Positions 1 through 11,200 of a DNA stretch of 64,000 nucleotides are shown here, piece by piece (within the stretch, counting starts at the first letter, position 1; each line of letters starts with the position of its first letter). A program made the translations under genes and the position numbers. Source of the DNA: Oscillospiraceae bacterium (GTDB lineage Bacteria > Bacillota > Clostridia > Oscillospirales > CAG-272). The DNA lies in NCBI GenBank assembly GCA_015063625.1, contig SVTT01000004.1, positions 2,223 to 66,222 on the forward strand. Direction: 5' to 3'. A model generated the notes under the pieces. That model made no database searches. It was not told the origin of the DNA and saw only the letters and a list, made by a program, of their open reading frames with translations.

Positions 1-304
1 GAACACGGTTTCAAGGGGCAGATGTCCGCCCATGCTGCCGCAAAAGCCTTGTAAATATCCGCATATTCACGGCGGCTTTTGCGTTGCCTTGGCAAAAATC
101 TGCTCCCTTAAAACTCGCCTCGACCCACAGTCGATGGTTTTCGCGGTGATTTTGCCACTGCTCGATGCAGTCAAGTATTACTTTACAAAGAGAGCAGGGG
201 CAAAAGCGCCCGTAAAATGCGCCTGTGGGCGTGTTCGACTCGCTCTCTTGTCCCTAAGCGGGGTGTACGGGGTGGTCAATATGACAATTTTTAGCACAAC
301 CCCT

Positions 305-333
305 TGACATCAAAACAGATAGGTTATATAATT
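305..333 (+). promoter_or_regulatory. sigma-A type promoter (TTGACA-N17-TATAAT) upstream of serC
   Basis: TTGACA at 305-310, 17-nt spacer, TATAAT at 328-333, read directly from the sequence. Confidence 0.5.
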
Positions 334-357
334 AAGGTTAATATTTTATTTGAATCG

Positions 358-377
358 GATCCTTGTATACAAGGATC
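358..377. promoter_or_regulatory. perfect 20-bp palindrome GATCCTTGTATACAAGGATC between the serC promoter and RBS; candidate operator or leader hairpin
   Basis: 10+10 perfect inverted repeat immediately upstream of the GGAGG RBS and ATG at 390. Confidence 0.4.
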
Positions 378-389
378 ACGGAGGTTGCT

Positions 390-1481
<1,092 letters not shown>

Positions 1482-1494
1482 AAGGAATCCCGAT

Positions 1495-2661
1495 ATGAAA
1501 CATATTCAGTTGCTCAATAAGATCGCCAAGGTCGGCGTGGAGCGTCTTGACCCCACCGAGTACCGTTGCGGTGCTGACGTTGAGAACCCCGTCGGCATCA
1601 TGGTTCGCTCTGCCAAGATGCACGATATGGAGCTTGGCAAGGAGCTGCTCGCCATTGCCCGTGCGGGTGCAGGTGTCAATAACATTCCCGTCGATCGCTG
1701 TGCCAAGGAGGGCATCGTGGTCTTCAATACCCCCGGTGCCAATGCCAACGGTGTCAAGGAGCTTGCCATCTGTGCGCTTCTGCTTGCCTCGCGCAAGATC
1801 GTTGAGGGCGTTAATTGGGCGCGTTCGCTTTCGGGCACCGCTGACGTTGCCAAGCAGGTCGAGGCGGGCAAATCCCAGTTTTCGGGCACTGAGCTGCGCG
1901 GCAAGACCCTTGGTGTCATCGGTCTTGGTGCCATCGGCGGCCTGGTTGCCAACGTTGCCATCCGCCTCGGCATGAAGGTGATCGGATGCGATCCCTATCT
2001 GTCGGTTGCGGGCGCTTGGAATCTTGATCATCATATCCAGAAGGCAGCAACCTATGAGGAGGTCTACAAGAAATCCGATTACATCACCCTGCATGTGCCC
2101 GCCACCGATACCACCAAGGGCATGATCAATGCCGCCACCATTGCCACCATGCGCAAGGGCGTCAAGATCATCAATCTTGCTCGCGCGGAGCTGGTCAATG
2201 CAGCCGATCTTGCCGCAGCGATGGCGTCGGGCAGAGTGTCGGCATACGTGACCGATTTCCCCACCGAGGAAACGGTCGCCATCCCCGGTGTCATTACCAT
2301 TCCTCATCTCGGCGGCTCGACTGAGGAGTCCGAGGAGAACTGTGCCGTGATGGCAGCGGAGGAGCTTGACGAGTATCTTTCCACGGGCAATATCCGCAAT
2401 AGCGTGAATTACCCCAATGCTTCGATGGCGATCTCGGGCGCGGCGCGCATCTGCGTGCTTCACGCCAACGTTCCCTCGTTGCTCGCCAACATCTCCACCG
2501 CGATCTCACAGAAGGGCATCAACATTGAGAACATGCTCAATCAATCCAAGGGAGAAAACGCCTATACCATCCTTGACGTCAATACCGTTGTGGATGATGA
2601 CGTGTACCGCGCGCTTGCCAATATCGGGGGCGTGCGCCGCGTTCGCATCATCCATTTCTGA
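1495..2661 (+). CDS. serA: D-3-phosphoglycerate dehydrogenase
   Basis: 2-hydroxyacid dehydrogenase NAD-binding GxGxxG (GVIGLGAIG) plus a C-terminal ACT-like segment; follows serC in the same orientation; start at MKHIQLL. Confidence 0.9.
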   Translation: MKHIQLLNKIAKVGVERLDPTEYRCGADVENPVGIMVRSAKMHDMELGKELLAIARAGAGVNNIPVDRCAKEGIVVFNTPGANANGVKELAICALLLASRKIVEGVNWARSLSGTADVAKQVEAGKSQFSGTELRGKTLGVIGLGAIGGLVANVAIRLGMKVIGCDPYLSVAGAWNLDHHIQKAATYEEVYKKSDYITLHVPATDTTKGMINAATIATMRKGVKIINLARAELVNAADLAAAMASGRVSAYVTDFPTEETVAIPGVITIPHLGGSTEESEENCAVMAAEELDEYLSTGNIRNSVNYPNASMAISGAARICVLHANVPSLLANISTAISQKGINIENMLNQSKGENAYTILDVNTVVDDDVYRALANIGGVRRVRIIHF

Positions 2662-2686
2662 CAAGACGGTCTTGGGAAGCAAAGGA

Positions 2687-2724
2687 CCCGCAGGGAAAAT
2701 CTTTCCCTGCGGGGTTTTCCTTTG
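2687..2724 (+). terminator. rho-independent terminator after serA
   Basis: hairpin CCCGCAGGGAAA...TTTCCCTGCGGG followed by GTTTTCCTTTG. Confidence 0.6.
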
Positions 2725-2820
2725 CATTTCCCCTTGCCAAAATGGGAAAAATATGTTATAATAATACCATCTATCATTATACTTAATGAAAGCCGCATTT
2801 GCGCGGCGGGAGGTATTTCT

Positions 2821-3933
2821 TTGATCATCGCACTGGAGAATGCAAAAAGAGATCTTGTGGATATGCGAGCCAAGCTGGTCGACCTTGGCAGTGCCCTGAG
2901 GATCGAGGCGCTTGGTGGCCGCGTGGCAGAGCTGGAGCAAAAGACGGCAGACCCTGCCTTCTGGAGCGACCAGGAGAATTCGTCCAAGGTCCTGCAGGAA
3001 TTAAAGCAAAGCAAGGATACCATTGCAAATTACGAGGCGCTGTGCGCGCGGCTCGAGGATGCCATTGCACTTGCCGAGATTGCCATTGAGGCAGAGGATG
3101 AATCCTGCACGGAGGAGGTCGAGGGCGAGCTTGCCGCCATCCGCGCCGCTGAGGAAACGCAGCGCATGGAGGTGCTTTTGCACGGTGAATACGACCATAA
3201 TAACGCCATCGTTTCCTTTCATCCCGGTGCGGGCGGCACTGAGGCGCAGGACTGGGCGCAGATGCTTTACCGCATGATCACCCGTTGGGCAGAGCGCCAC
3301 AATTTCAAATATAAGCTGGTGGATTGGCTTGACGGCGACGGCGCGGGCATTAAGTCTGCCACCATTATGGTGGAGGGAAATAACGCGTACGGCTATCTCA
3401 AGAGTGAAAACGGCGTGCACCGCCTGGTGCGCGTATCGCCCTTTGATGCCGCAGGCAGAAGACAGACCTCCTTTGCTTCGGTTGAGGTCATGCCCGAGTT
3501 TGCCGATGTCGATAAGGTCGAGGTGCGTGATGAGGATATTGAGGTCACCGCGCATCGCTCCAGCGGCGCCGGCGGTCAGCACATCAATAAGACCGATTCG
3601 GCGATCCGTATTTTGCACAAGCCCACAGGCATCGTGGTCGGCTGTCAGACCGAACGCAGCCAGCTCCAGAACAAGGAAACCGCCATGAAGATGCTGAAGG
3701 CAAAGCTGATGGAGATCAAGCTGCGTGAACGCCTTGATACCATAGAGCAGATCCAGGGTAACAAGGTCAATATTGAGTGGGGCTCGCAGATCCGATCTTA
3801 CGTTTTTATGCCCTATACTCTGGCAAAGGATACGCGGACCGGCTTTGAAAACGGCAATATCGGTGCCGTGATGGACGGCGATATCGACGGCTTTATCAAT
3901 GCCTATCTGAAAATGAACGCCAAGCAATCTTGA
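2821..3933 (+). CDS. prfB: peptide chain release factor 2, uninterrupted (no programmed +1 frameshift), TTG start
   Basis: SPF loop region SPFDAAGRRQTSF, GGQ motif SGAGGQHINKTDSAIR; GGGAGG RBS 7 nt upstream of TTG at 2821; reading frame is continuous through the position where other genomes carry the CUU UGA shift site. Confidence 0.85.
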   Translation: MIIALENAKRDLVDMRAKLVDLGSALRIEALGGRVAELEQKTADPAFWSDQENSSKVLQELKQSKDTIANYEALCARLEDAIALAEIAIEAEDESCTEEVEGELAAIRAAEETQRMEVLLHGEYDHNNAIVSFHPGAGGTEAQDWAQMLYRMITRWAERHNFKYKLVDWLDGDGAGIKSATIMVEGNNAYGYLKSENGVHRLVRVSPFDAAGRRQTSFASVEVMPEFADVDKVEVRDEDIEVTAHRSSGAGGQHINKTDSAIRILHKPTGIVVGCQTERSQLQNKETAMKMLKAKLMEIKLRERLDTIEQIQGNKVNIEWGSQIRSYVFMPYTLAKDTRTGFENGNIGAVMDGDIDGFINAYLKMNAKQS

Positions 3934-3954
3934 TGATCCGAAAGGAGTGATACC

Positions 3955-4332
3955 ATGAAGCTCTCACAACGAAAAAGAGAAATCGTCGGGCTTTCCATGC
4001 TCGTGTCGGCTGTTTCGCTTTGCGTGACCTTTATCGTGCTCAGCTTCCGCAAAAAGAGCGTGTGGCAGGCATTGCTTGCCATTGCCGCGGCAGAATGCGC
4101 TGTCGGCTCTGCGCTGCTGATCAAAAGGGAGCGCTGTCGGACGGTCAATGCGCCCGTCGAGGAAGTAAGCACCGAGGAAGAGGAGCTCTTTACACCTGCC
4201 GAGGCGGCTGAGGCACAGCTCCGCATCCGCAGTGTGCTGGGCGGCACGCGCGAGGGAGAGGTGGCAAAGGCACCCTCGCTTCGTCGCGAGATCCCGCGTG
4301 ACGAGGAGGCAACCGAGGCGGACTTTCAATAA
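3955..4332 (+). CDS. small membrane-anchored hypothetical protein
   Basis: ORF with N-terminal hydrophobic helices and an acidic C-terminal tail; no recognisable family. Confidence 0.4.
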   Translation: MKLSQRKREIVGLSMLVSAVSLCVTFIVLSFRKKSVWQALLAIAAAECAVGSALLIKRERCRTVNAPVEEVSTEEEELFTPAEAAEAQLRIRSVLGGTREGEVAKAPSLRREIPRDEEATEADFQ

Positions 4333-4374
4333 AATCGCATTCGCACATTCGGTCGGATGGAAAGGGGGGACGGA

Positions 4375-5766
4375 ATGAAGACCTTTTTGCGTTATACGTC
4401 GGGTGTGTTGCTTTGCTGCATGCTGGCGGTGTTCTGTCTTTGGCGATATGATGCGATCCCCGATCTTTCGGCTGTGACGTCGTTTTTGAAGAGCACGGCG
4501 GATTACGTGGGTCATGCCGTTTCCTTTGTAGAGCAGACAACCTCCCCCTCGGGCGGAGGCGAATCGGGGGGCGGCGCGGGCAAGCCCCAGCGTCCTGTGG
4601 ATACCGCAGGCTCTTATGGCGGATACGATCTTTCCGAGAGCGTCCCCCCCGATATTGAGGCGGCGATCCTTGAGGGATACCGCACGCTTGCCCCCGAGAT
4701 CGAGCTTTCCTCCTTTGGTATGACCAAGGACGAGGTAAATTCTGCCGTGGCTGCGATCCGCTTTTCCTCGCCCGAATTTTTTTACGTGGGCAATTCCTAT
4801 GTGATCAACTATACGTCGGGAGATCTTGTGAGATCGGTTGCCCCCACCTACACTCATGACCTTGATGAGATCGCACAGATGCAGGTGGAATACGAGGCGG
4901 CGCTTGACGCCATTGTGGCGGGCGTGCCCGACGGCAGTGAGTTTGATAAGATCCTTTATCTCCACGATTATTTCGTGCAGAATTATACTTACGACCATAC
5001 GCTGACCATCCGTGATGCCTATACCTTCTTTACGCAGAAGACAGGTGTCTGTCAGGCGTATATGCTGGCGTTGATCGCGGCGGCAGAGCGCGTGGGTATT
5101 GAGTCGCTTCCCGTGACCAGTGAGGTGATGGCGCACGCATGGAATCTTGTGAGGATCGACGGCGCGTGGTACCATATTGACGTCACGTGGGACGACAGCA
5201 TGACCCTGCCCTCGCACGTGAGCTATACCTATTTTCTCCGGAGCGATCGCGGCATGATCAATGCTGATGCGGCACGCGAGGAGAGCGCGCGGCATCGCGA
5301 CTGGAGTGCCGAGCAGGCTGCCGCCGACGAGCGCTATGAAGATGTGATCTTCCGCACCTCCAATACGCCGATCGTCAAATGGAACGACACCTATTTTTGT
5401 GTCGGCACGACCGAAAACCGACATGCGCGGGGCGCTGTCTATTCGGGTACCGATGTGACCGAGCTGATGCACTGCTTCGATATTACGGGCGGTTATTGGC
5501 TTGCGGGCACTGACAGCTATTATACCGATTGCTTTTCGGGACTTGCTATTCTTGACAATATCCTTTACTGCAGCTCGGGCAATTCCATTCATTACGTGGA
5601 GCTCGATGAGCCCTCTGCCACCCCGAAGGTCTATCTTGTGACAGGACTTGGTAGAGGGGAGTGTATTTATGGGTTTGTGGGAGGCGGAACGAGCGTGCTT
5701 GATTATGTGATCGCCACCTCGCCCACCGCCGCCGATTATCGCCTTGGAAGCTATACGCTTCCTTGA
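4375..5766 (+). CDS. transglutaminase-like (Cys-His-Asp) domain protein with N-terminal signal/TM segment
   Basis: GVCQAY...HAWN...D motif arrangement typical of the transglutaminase-like cysteine protease fold; start at MKTFLRY after the AAAGGGGGGA RBS. Confidence 0.7.
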   Translation: MKTFLRYTSGVLLCCMLAVFCLWRYDAIPDLSAVTSFLKSTADYVGHAVSFVEQTTSPSGGGESGGGAGKPQRPVDTAGSYGGYDLSESVPPDIEAAILEGYRTLAPEIELSSFGMTKDEVNSAVAAIRFSSPEFFYVGNSYVINYTSGDLVRSVAPTYTHDLDEIAQMQVEYEAALDAIVAGVPDGSEFDKILYLHDYFVQNYTYDHTLTIRDAYTFFTQKTGVCQAYMLALIAAAERVGIESLPVTSEVMAHAWNLVRIDGAWYHIDVTWDDSMTLPSHVSYTYFLRSDRGMINADAAREESARHRDWSAEQAAADERYEDVIFRTSNTPIVKWNDTYFCVGTTENRHARGAVYSGTDVTELMHCFDITGGYWLAGTDSYYTDCFSGLAILDNILYCSSGNSIHYVELDEPSATPKVYLVTGLGRGECIYGFVGGGTSVLDYVIATSPTAADYRLGSYTLP

Positions 5767-5767
5767 A

Positions 5768-5812
5768 AAAAGACCGTGTGTTCCCATGGGAACACACGGT
5801 CTTTTTCTTTTA
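5768..5812. terminator. bidirectional rho-independent terminator between the transglutaminase-like gene (+) and fucA (-)
   Basis: 30-nt perfect hairpin GACCGTGTGTTCCCATGGGAACACACGGTC flanked by an A-run and a T-run. Confidence 0.7.
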
Positions 5813-6502
5813 TTGCTCGTCCTTGTTGTAGTGCTTGTAGCCGGGGTGCTTGCCCGTCACGTGATAGTAATGCTCGCGCAGATAAAGCAGCTTGTCGATC
5901 TGGGGACGCTCGATCTCCTTCGCGCCGCCCAGCAGATGTGCCGCGAGGGAGATCTTGGCAAAGAGCTCCAGCGTTTCCATGCGGTAGTAGGCGGTGATGA
6001 GGTCGGCACCCACGGTCAGTGCGCCGTGGTTTTGCAGCAAAAACACGTCGTGCTCGGCAAGGTATGGAGTGATCGCCTCGGGCACCTCGTCGGTGCTGGG
6101 TGTGCCGTAGGGCGTGAGAGGGATCGAGCCGATGGCGATCACGGTTTCGATCATTGAGTATTGGTCAAGGCTTTTTCCCGCGACGGCGTAGCCGGTTGCC
6201 GTCGGTGGGTGTGCGTGCACCACGGCACCCACGTCCTCGCGCTCTCGGTAGCAGCGCAGGTGCATCTTGATCTCGCTGGAGGGCTTATAGCCGGGCTCGC
6301 CCTCCAAGACTCTTCCTTCGGCATCGATGATCACCAGCTTTTCGGGGGTGATCATGCTCTTGCTGATGCCCGTGGGCGTGGCAAGGAAGTTGCCGTCGGG
6401 CAGTTTGACGGTCACGTTGCCGTCGTTGGCGGCGACCCAACCAAGCTGCCACATCTTGTGGCAGACGTCGCAAAGCTGCTCTCGCAGTTCCATATATCTC
6501 AT
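5810..6502 (-). CDS. fucA: class II aldolase, probable L-fuculose-phosphate aldolase
   Basis: class II aldolase/adducin family sequence (metal-binding His cluster AVVHAHP); adjacent to and co-oriented with fucI. Confidence 0.7.
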   Translation of the reverse strand: MRYMELREQLCDVCHKMWQLGWVAANDGNVTVKLPDGNFLATPTGISKSMITPEKLVIIDAEGRVLEGEPGYKPSSEIKMHLRCYREREDVGAVVHAHPPTATGYAVAGKSLDQYSMIETVIAIGSIPLTPYGTPSTDEVPEAITPYLAEHDVFLLQNHGALTVGADLITAYYRMETLELFAKISLAAHLLGGAKEIERPQIDKLLYLREHYYHVTGKHPGYKHYNKDEQ

Positions 6503-6520
6503 GCTGTGTTCTCCTGTTAC

Positions 6521-8317
6521 TTATTTTTTGAAGAGAGGTCCGAAGGCGGCGCAGGCGCGGTAGTCGGCGCCCTCCTTGTCCATGCCGAAGGCGTTCCATG
6601 CGGCGGGACGGAAGATCTGATCCTCGTCCACGTTGTGCATGGAAACGGGGATGCGGAGCATGGAGCAGAGTGTGATCAGATCTGCACCGATATGCCCGTA
6701 GGAGATGGCACCGTGGTTGGCGCCCCAGTTGTTCATCACGTCATAGGCGCTGGCAAACGCACCCTTGCCCGTCACACGGGGGGCAAACCAGGTGCAGGGC
6801 CAGGTGTAGTCGGTGCGCTTCCAGAGTGTGTCGCTGACCTCGTCGGGAAGGTCGACGGTGTAGCCCTCGGCGATCTGCAAAACAGGACCAAGTCCCTTGA
6901 CGAGATTGAGGCGGATCATGGTTGCGGGCATTTGTGCCTTGGTCAGGAAGCGGGAGGAATACCCGCCGCCGCGGAAGTAGCCAAGGTCGGCATAGTTAAA
7001 GGTGGAGCTTGCCATGATCGCCTTCTGATCCTCCTCGGTGACCTCGTACCAGGGCTTCATTTCACCCTCGCCGTGTGCGTTCTTGGCAGCGCCGTTTGCG
7101 TCAAGGCAGCAGGCGCCCGAGTTGATCAGATGGATCAGACCGTTTGCCTCCTTCGCCTTGCCCTTGACCTCATAGCCCGTTACGCGCTTGATCGACTCGG
7201 TGCTCCAGTAGGTGCGCACGTCGGCAAACATCTGTGCGCGGTTGGTGAGCAGCTTCATAAAGAGCATGCCGATGCCGTTGAGCACGTCATTTTCGGTAGC
7301 AAGGATGTAGGGCTCGCGTGCACCGTTCCAGTCAAAGGAGGTGTTCAGCAGAGCCTCGGGGAAGTCGCAGTTGGGGTAAAAATCGGTCCACTGGCGCTGA
7401 CCCTGGAAGCCTGCGGCGATGGCGTTGTGTCCGACACGCTCCTCCTCGCAGCCCTCGGGCAGCTTGTCGTTGCCGTTCATGAGGTCCTTGATGATGATCA
7501 TCATTTTCACCACGAAATCCCAGTCGGCATCCTTTTCCTTGCGGCTTCTTTGCAGCTCCTCGGGATTTTTGTCAAAGCCCTCGATGCAGTATTGCTTGAC
7601 CCAAGCCACTGCCTTTTCGTATTCGCTCTGATCGTAAATGCCCTCGGTCATACGGCGGATGATCTCGACCTCGTCCACCGATTCGACACGCATGCCGAGA
7701 TAATCCTCAATAAAGTCGGTGCTGATGATCGAGCCACCGATGCCCATGCAGATCGATCCGATCTGCAAGTAGGATTTGCCTCTCATGGTGGCGGCGGCAA
7801 CGGCAGCTCTGCCAAAGCGGAGCAGCTTTTCCTTGACGTCCTCGGGGATGGAGGTATCGTCGGCGTCCTGTACGTCATGCCCGTAGATGCCAAAGGCGGG
7901 CAGTCCCTTTTGTGCGTGTGTGGCGAGCACCGAGGCAAGATAGACCGCGCCGGGGCGCTCGGTCCCGTTAAAGCCCCACACCGCCTTGATGGTATGCGGA
8001 TCCATGTCCATTGTTTCGGCACCGTAACACCAGCAGGGGGTCACGGTCAGCGTGATGTCCACGCCCTCGCGACGGAACTTGTCGGCGCAGGCGGCAGCCT
8101 CTGCCACACGGCCGATGGTGGTGTCGGCGATCACGACCTTTACGGGCTCGCCGTTTGAGTAGCGAAGATGCTCGGTAAAGAGTGCGGCGGCACTCCTTGC
8201 CATATTCATGGTTTGTTCCTCCAGCGATTCGCGCACCTTCAGCACGCCGCGTCTGCCGTCAATGGTCGGGCGAATACCGATGACGGGATATTCGCCGATG
8301 AGTCTGTTTTTTGCCAT
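6521..8317 (-). CDS. fucI: L-fucose isomerase
   Basis: near full-length similarity to FucI ([48 protein letters not shown]). Confidence 0.9.
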   Translation of the reverse strand: MAKNRLIGEYPVIGIRPTIDGRRGVLKVRESLEEQTMNMARSAAALFTEHLRYSNGEPVKVVIADTTIGRVAEAAACADKFRREGVDITLTVTPCWCYGAETMDMDPHTIKAVWGFNGTERPGAVYLASVLATHAQKGLPAFGIYGHDVQDADDTSIPEDVKEKLLRFGRAAVAAATMRGKSYLQIGSICMGIGGSIISTDFIEDYLGMRVESVDEVEIIRRMTEGIYDQSEYEKAVAWVKQYCIEGFDKNPEELQRSRKEKDADWDFVVKMMIIIKDLMNGNDKLPEGCEEERVGHNAIAAGFQGQRQWTDFYPNCDFPEALLNTSFDWNGAREPYILATENDVLNGIGMLFMKLLTNRAQMFADVRTYWSTESIKRVTGYEVKGKAKEANGLIHLINSGACCLDANGAAKNAHGEGEMKPWYEVTEEDQKAIMASSTFNYADLGYFRGGGYSSRFLTKAQMPATMIRLNLVKGLGPVLQIAEGYTVDLPDEVSDTLWKRTDYTWPCTWFAPRVTGKGAFASAYDVMNNWGANHGAISYGHIGADLITLCSMLRIPVSMHNVDEDQIFRPAAWNAFGMDKEGADYRACAAFGPLFKK

Positions 8318-8430
8318 AAAAAGCCCTCCTTATTTTTATTTTACTAATTGCATTATAGTATATTTTGTGTTAAAATACTTGTAAAATCAAGGCGTCTTAT
8401 GGGACGAAATTCACTTTTTAGGAGGACGGC

Positions 8431-9309
8431 ATGAGAGATCATCTCTTAAAGGAGGCGACCAAGCACGGTACCCCCGATTTTCCTGTGCAGTATTATTACG
8501 TTGATACGGGTCATCCGCGCTACGAAATGATCCTGCATTGGCACGAGGAATTTGAGATCGTGCGTGTGTTGGAGGGCGAGCTGCTGCTTTATATTGACAA
8601 CGAGCGACATGATATGCACGCGGGTGACGTGGCATTTGTCGGCTGCGGCTGCTTGCACCGCGCAGAGCCGAACAATGCGATTTACGAGTGCGTGGTGTTC
8701 GATCTTCATATGCTCTGCCGCCACGCTACGGGGCGCGTGACGAGTTATCTTTTGCCGCTTTTTGATCACCGTGCAAGGCTTTCCCTGCTGAGGGCACAGG
8801 AGCAAAGCGATCTGCACTGTGCGGTGGCATCCTTTTTTGGAGTGCTTGCCTCCGTTTTGCCGTACTTTGAATTGAAGGCGTACGCTGCCGCCGCCGAGAT
8901 CATGTATCTGCTCTATGCCGAACGGCGCATCAGGCTGCCCGCGCGCGGCATCCATGTGGGGCATAAGCGAGAAAGCATTGCAAGGCTGATCGACTGGATC
9001 GAGCAAAATTATGCCGAGCATCTCACGCTCTCGGGTCTTGCTGCCATTGTGGGGATCAACGAAAAATATCTCTGCCGTTTTTTTGCCGAGTATACGGGTA
9101 GCACACCCATCGAATACGTCAATCGCCTGCGCATCGAGCGCGCCTGCTATCGGCTTGCTGAGGGAGAGCTGAACATTACCGAGGTTGCCTTTGAGGTTGG
9201 ATTTAACGACAACGGGTATTTTACCAAGATCTTCAAGCGCTACAAGAGCATGACCCCACGGGAGTATCGCACGCTGCTGCTCGAGCAGGCATCTTCCCAG
9301 GGTGAGTAA
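8431..9309 (+). CDS. AraC-family transcriptional regulator (cupin sensor + HTH), divergent from fucI
   Basis: C-terminal AraC-type HTH (YLCRFFAEYTGSTPIEYVNRLRIERACYRL ... GYFTKIFKRY). Confidence 0.85.
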   Translation: MRDHLLKEATKHGTPDFPVQYYYVDTGHPRYEMILHWHEEFEIVRVLEGELLLYIDNERHDMHAGDVAFVGCGCLHRAEPNNAIYECVVFDLHMLCRHATGRVTSYLLPLFDHRARLSLLRAQEQSDLHCAVASFFGVLASVLPYFELKAYAAAAEIMYLLYAERRIRLPARGIHVGHKRESIARLIDWIEQNYAEHLTLSGLAAIVGINEKYLCRFFAEYTGSTPIEYVNRLRIERACYRLAEGELNITEVAFEVGFNDNGYFTKIFKRYKSMTPREYRTLLLEQASSQGE

Positions 9310-9378
9310 GTATAGGATGTGTGCAAGAAGGGCTGTTGCATTTCACACAGATCAAAGACACACAAAATGAAGGAAAAG

Positions 9379-9421
9379 GAAGCCGCCTTTGCGATCAGAG
9401 CAGGATCGCAAAGGCGGCTTC
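9379..9421. terminator. bidirectional terminator between the araC-family gene (+) and tyrS (-)
   Basis: 18-bp stem GAAGCCGCCTTTGCGATC...GATCGCAAAGGCGGCTTC with T-runs on both strands. Confidence 0.6.
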
Positions 9422-9563
9422 TGGGGTAAAATTTCTGGGAAATCTCAATTTTGATGTGTGTTTTCGGGGATCGAATAGCCTCCTCTGATCCGTTGGGGAC
9501 TGACCGTAGCGGATGGGAGTGATCGAGTGTTCTTTCCGAAGATTTTGATGGGTGAGGCGTCGC

Positions 9564-10781
9564 TCAGGCCTTGAAAATCGCACGACGGTAGCTCTTTTTG
9601 CCGCGCTTCACAAGCAGACCGCCTGCCAGCTCCTCCTTGGTGTAGGTCTTGGTAAAGTCGGTCACCTTGTCGCCCTCCACGGTCACACCGCCCTGCTGCA
9701 CGTTGCGGCGCGCCTCGGATTTGGAGGCACAGAGCTCAGTCTTGACCAGCAGGGTCAGAATGTCGATGGCACCGTCGGTAAGGTCGTCGTCAGAGAGCTC
9801 GGTGGTGGGGGCGTCAGCACCCGAGCCGGCACCGAAGAGCGCCTTGGCGCTCGCTTCTGCCTTCGCTGCCTCCTCCTCGCCGTGCACCAGCTTTGTCAGC
9901 TCAAAGGCAAGGATCTCCTTGGCGCGGTTGAGCTGCTCGCCCTGCCACGAGTCCATTCTGTCGATCTCCTCAACGGGGAGGAAGGTCAGCATACGGATGC
10001 ATTTGAGCACGTCGGCATCACCCACGTTGCGCCAGTATTGATAGAACTCGTAAGGGGTGGTCTTTTCGGGATCGAGCCAAACGGCACCGCTTGCTGTCTT
10101 GCCCATCTTCTTGCCCTCGGAGTTGAGGAGCAGGGTAATGGTCATGGCGTAAGCGTCTTTGCCCAGCTTTTTGCGGATGAGCTCGGTGCCGCCCAGCATG
10201 TTCGACCATTGGTCATCGCCCCCGAACTGCATGTTGCAGTTGTAGGTCTTAAAGAGGTGATAGAAGTCATAGGACTGCATGATCATATAGTTGAATTCAA
10301 GGAAGGAGAGCCCCTTTTCCATGCGCTGCTTATAGCATTCGGCGGAAAGCATCTTGTTGACCGAGAAGCAGGCACCCACGTCGCGCAGCACGTCGACGTA
10401 ATTGAGGTCAAGCAGCCAGTCGGCGTTGTTGACGAGAATGGCGTTGTCAAAGTCGATGAAGCGCGCCATCTGCTTTTTGAAGCACGCCACATTATGGTCG
10501 ATGGTTTCGCGCGTCATCATTTTTCTCATATCGGTCCTGCCCGAGGGGTCGCCGATCATGGCGGTGCCGCCTCCGATGAGGACCACGGGCTTGTTGCCTG
10601 CCATTTGCAGGCGCTTCATCAGGCAAAGCGCCATAAAGTGTCCGACGTGCAGGGAATCGGCGGTAGGGTCAAAGCCGATATAGAAGGTTGCCTTTCCGTT
10701 GTTGACGAGCTCGCGGATCTCCGCCTCGTCGGTCACCTGTGCGATCAGACCGCGTTGTAGCAATTCTTCGTAGATCTGCAT
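9564..10781 (-). CDS. tyrS: tyrosine--tRNA ligase
   Basis: class I HIGH (HVGHF) and KMSKS-like (KMGKT) motifs; start at MQIYEELL with AGGAGA RBS. Confidence 0.9.
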   Translation of the reverse strand: MQIYEELLQRGLIAQVTDEAEIRELVNNGKATFYIGFDPTADSLHVGHFMALCLMKRLQMAGNKPVVLIGGGTAMIGDPSGRTDMRKMMTRETIDHNVACFKKQMARFIDFDNAILVNNADWLLDLNYVDVLRDVGACFSVNKMLSAECYKQRMEKGLSFLEFNYMIMQSYDFYHLFKTYNCNMQFGGDDQWSNMLGGTELIRKKLGKDAYAMTITLLLNSEGKKMGKTASGAVWLDPEKTTPYEFYQYWRNVGDADVLKCIRMLTFLPVEEIDRMDSWQGEQLNRAKEILAFELTKLVHGEEEAAKAEASAKALFGAGSGADAPTTELSDDDLTDGAIDILTLLVKTELCASKSEARRNVQQGGVTVEGDKVTDFTKTYTKEELAGGLLVKRGKKSYRRAIFKA

Positions 10782-10789
10782 GGTTGTTC

Positions 10790-11117
10790 TCCTTTTTCGC
10801 TTGTTTTTTAACACATTTTCGGGAAGACTCGGAGAATCGCGCATAAAAAAAGTCGCTCCTCTGCCGAAAGCAAGAGGGCGATCGATCTTCGGGTCGCGGT
10901 ACCACCTCTGTTTGTCGTTCCCTTGCGGAAAACGACCTTATGGGCACACGGATGTATGCCACCTCGCGTAACGGGCGATACCGTCACAGCCTACTGGGGA
11001 AGCCCGTTCGGTGTGCAGCTCACGAAGGTATTCGGCAGGACACTCCCACCGCCTTGCACCACCCGGCGGCTCTCTGTGCGGAACGCTCCTGCGTACTTTT
11101 TTCGGTCATAGCCTTTA
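10790..11117 (-). promoter_or_regulatory. T-box riboswitch leader (Tyr) of tyrS, with its own promoter and terminator/antiterminator
   Basis: T-box core AGAGGUGGUACCGCG (minus strand of 10894-10910), terminator hairpin 10853-10880 plus U-run, UAC-containing candidate specifier region, consensus promoter TTGACA-N17-TATACT on the minus strand at 11125-11153. Confidence 0.75.
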
Positions 11118-11200
11118 CCCGAACAGTATAGCACATCTTTCCCGGCTTGTCAAGGGGAATTGTAAAAAAGGGACCGCTGTGGCGATCCCCCGGGGTAAGC

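Noticed and set aside
32-307. 91-codon ORF at the window start
   Set aside because: It overlaps an inverted partial copy of the GC-rich dispersed repeat and a promoter region; probably non-coding.
2808-2830. CTTTGA hexamer at the prfB start resembling the RF2 +1 frameshift site
   Set aside because: It lies in a different frame from the gene and is formed by the RBS spacer plus TTG start. The zero-frame ORF upstream and the +1 frame downstream do not encode RF2-like sequence.
3964-5787. 607-codon minus-strand ORF
   Set aside because: Antisense to the small membrane protein and transglutaminase-like genes; Arg/Gly-rich nonsense typical of GC-rich shadow frames.
6161-8158. 665-codon plus-strand ORF
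   Set aside because: Antisense to fucI, which has near full-length FucI identity.
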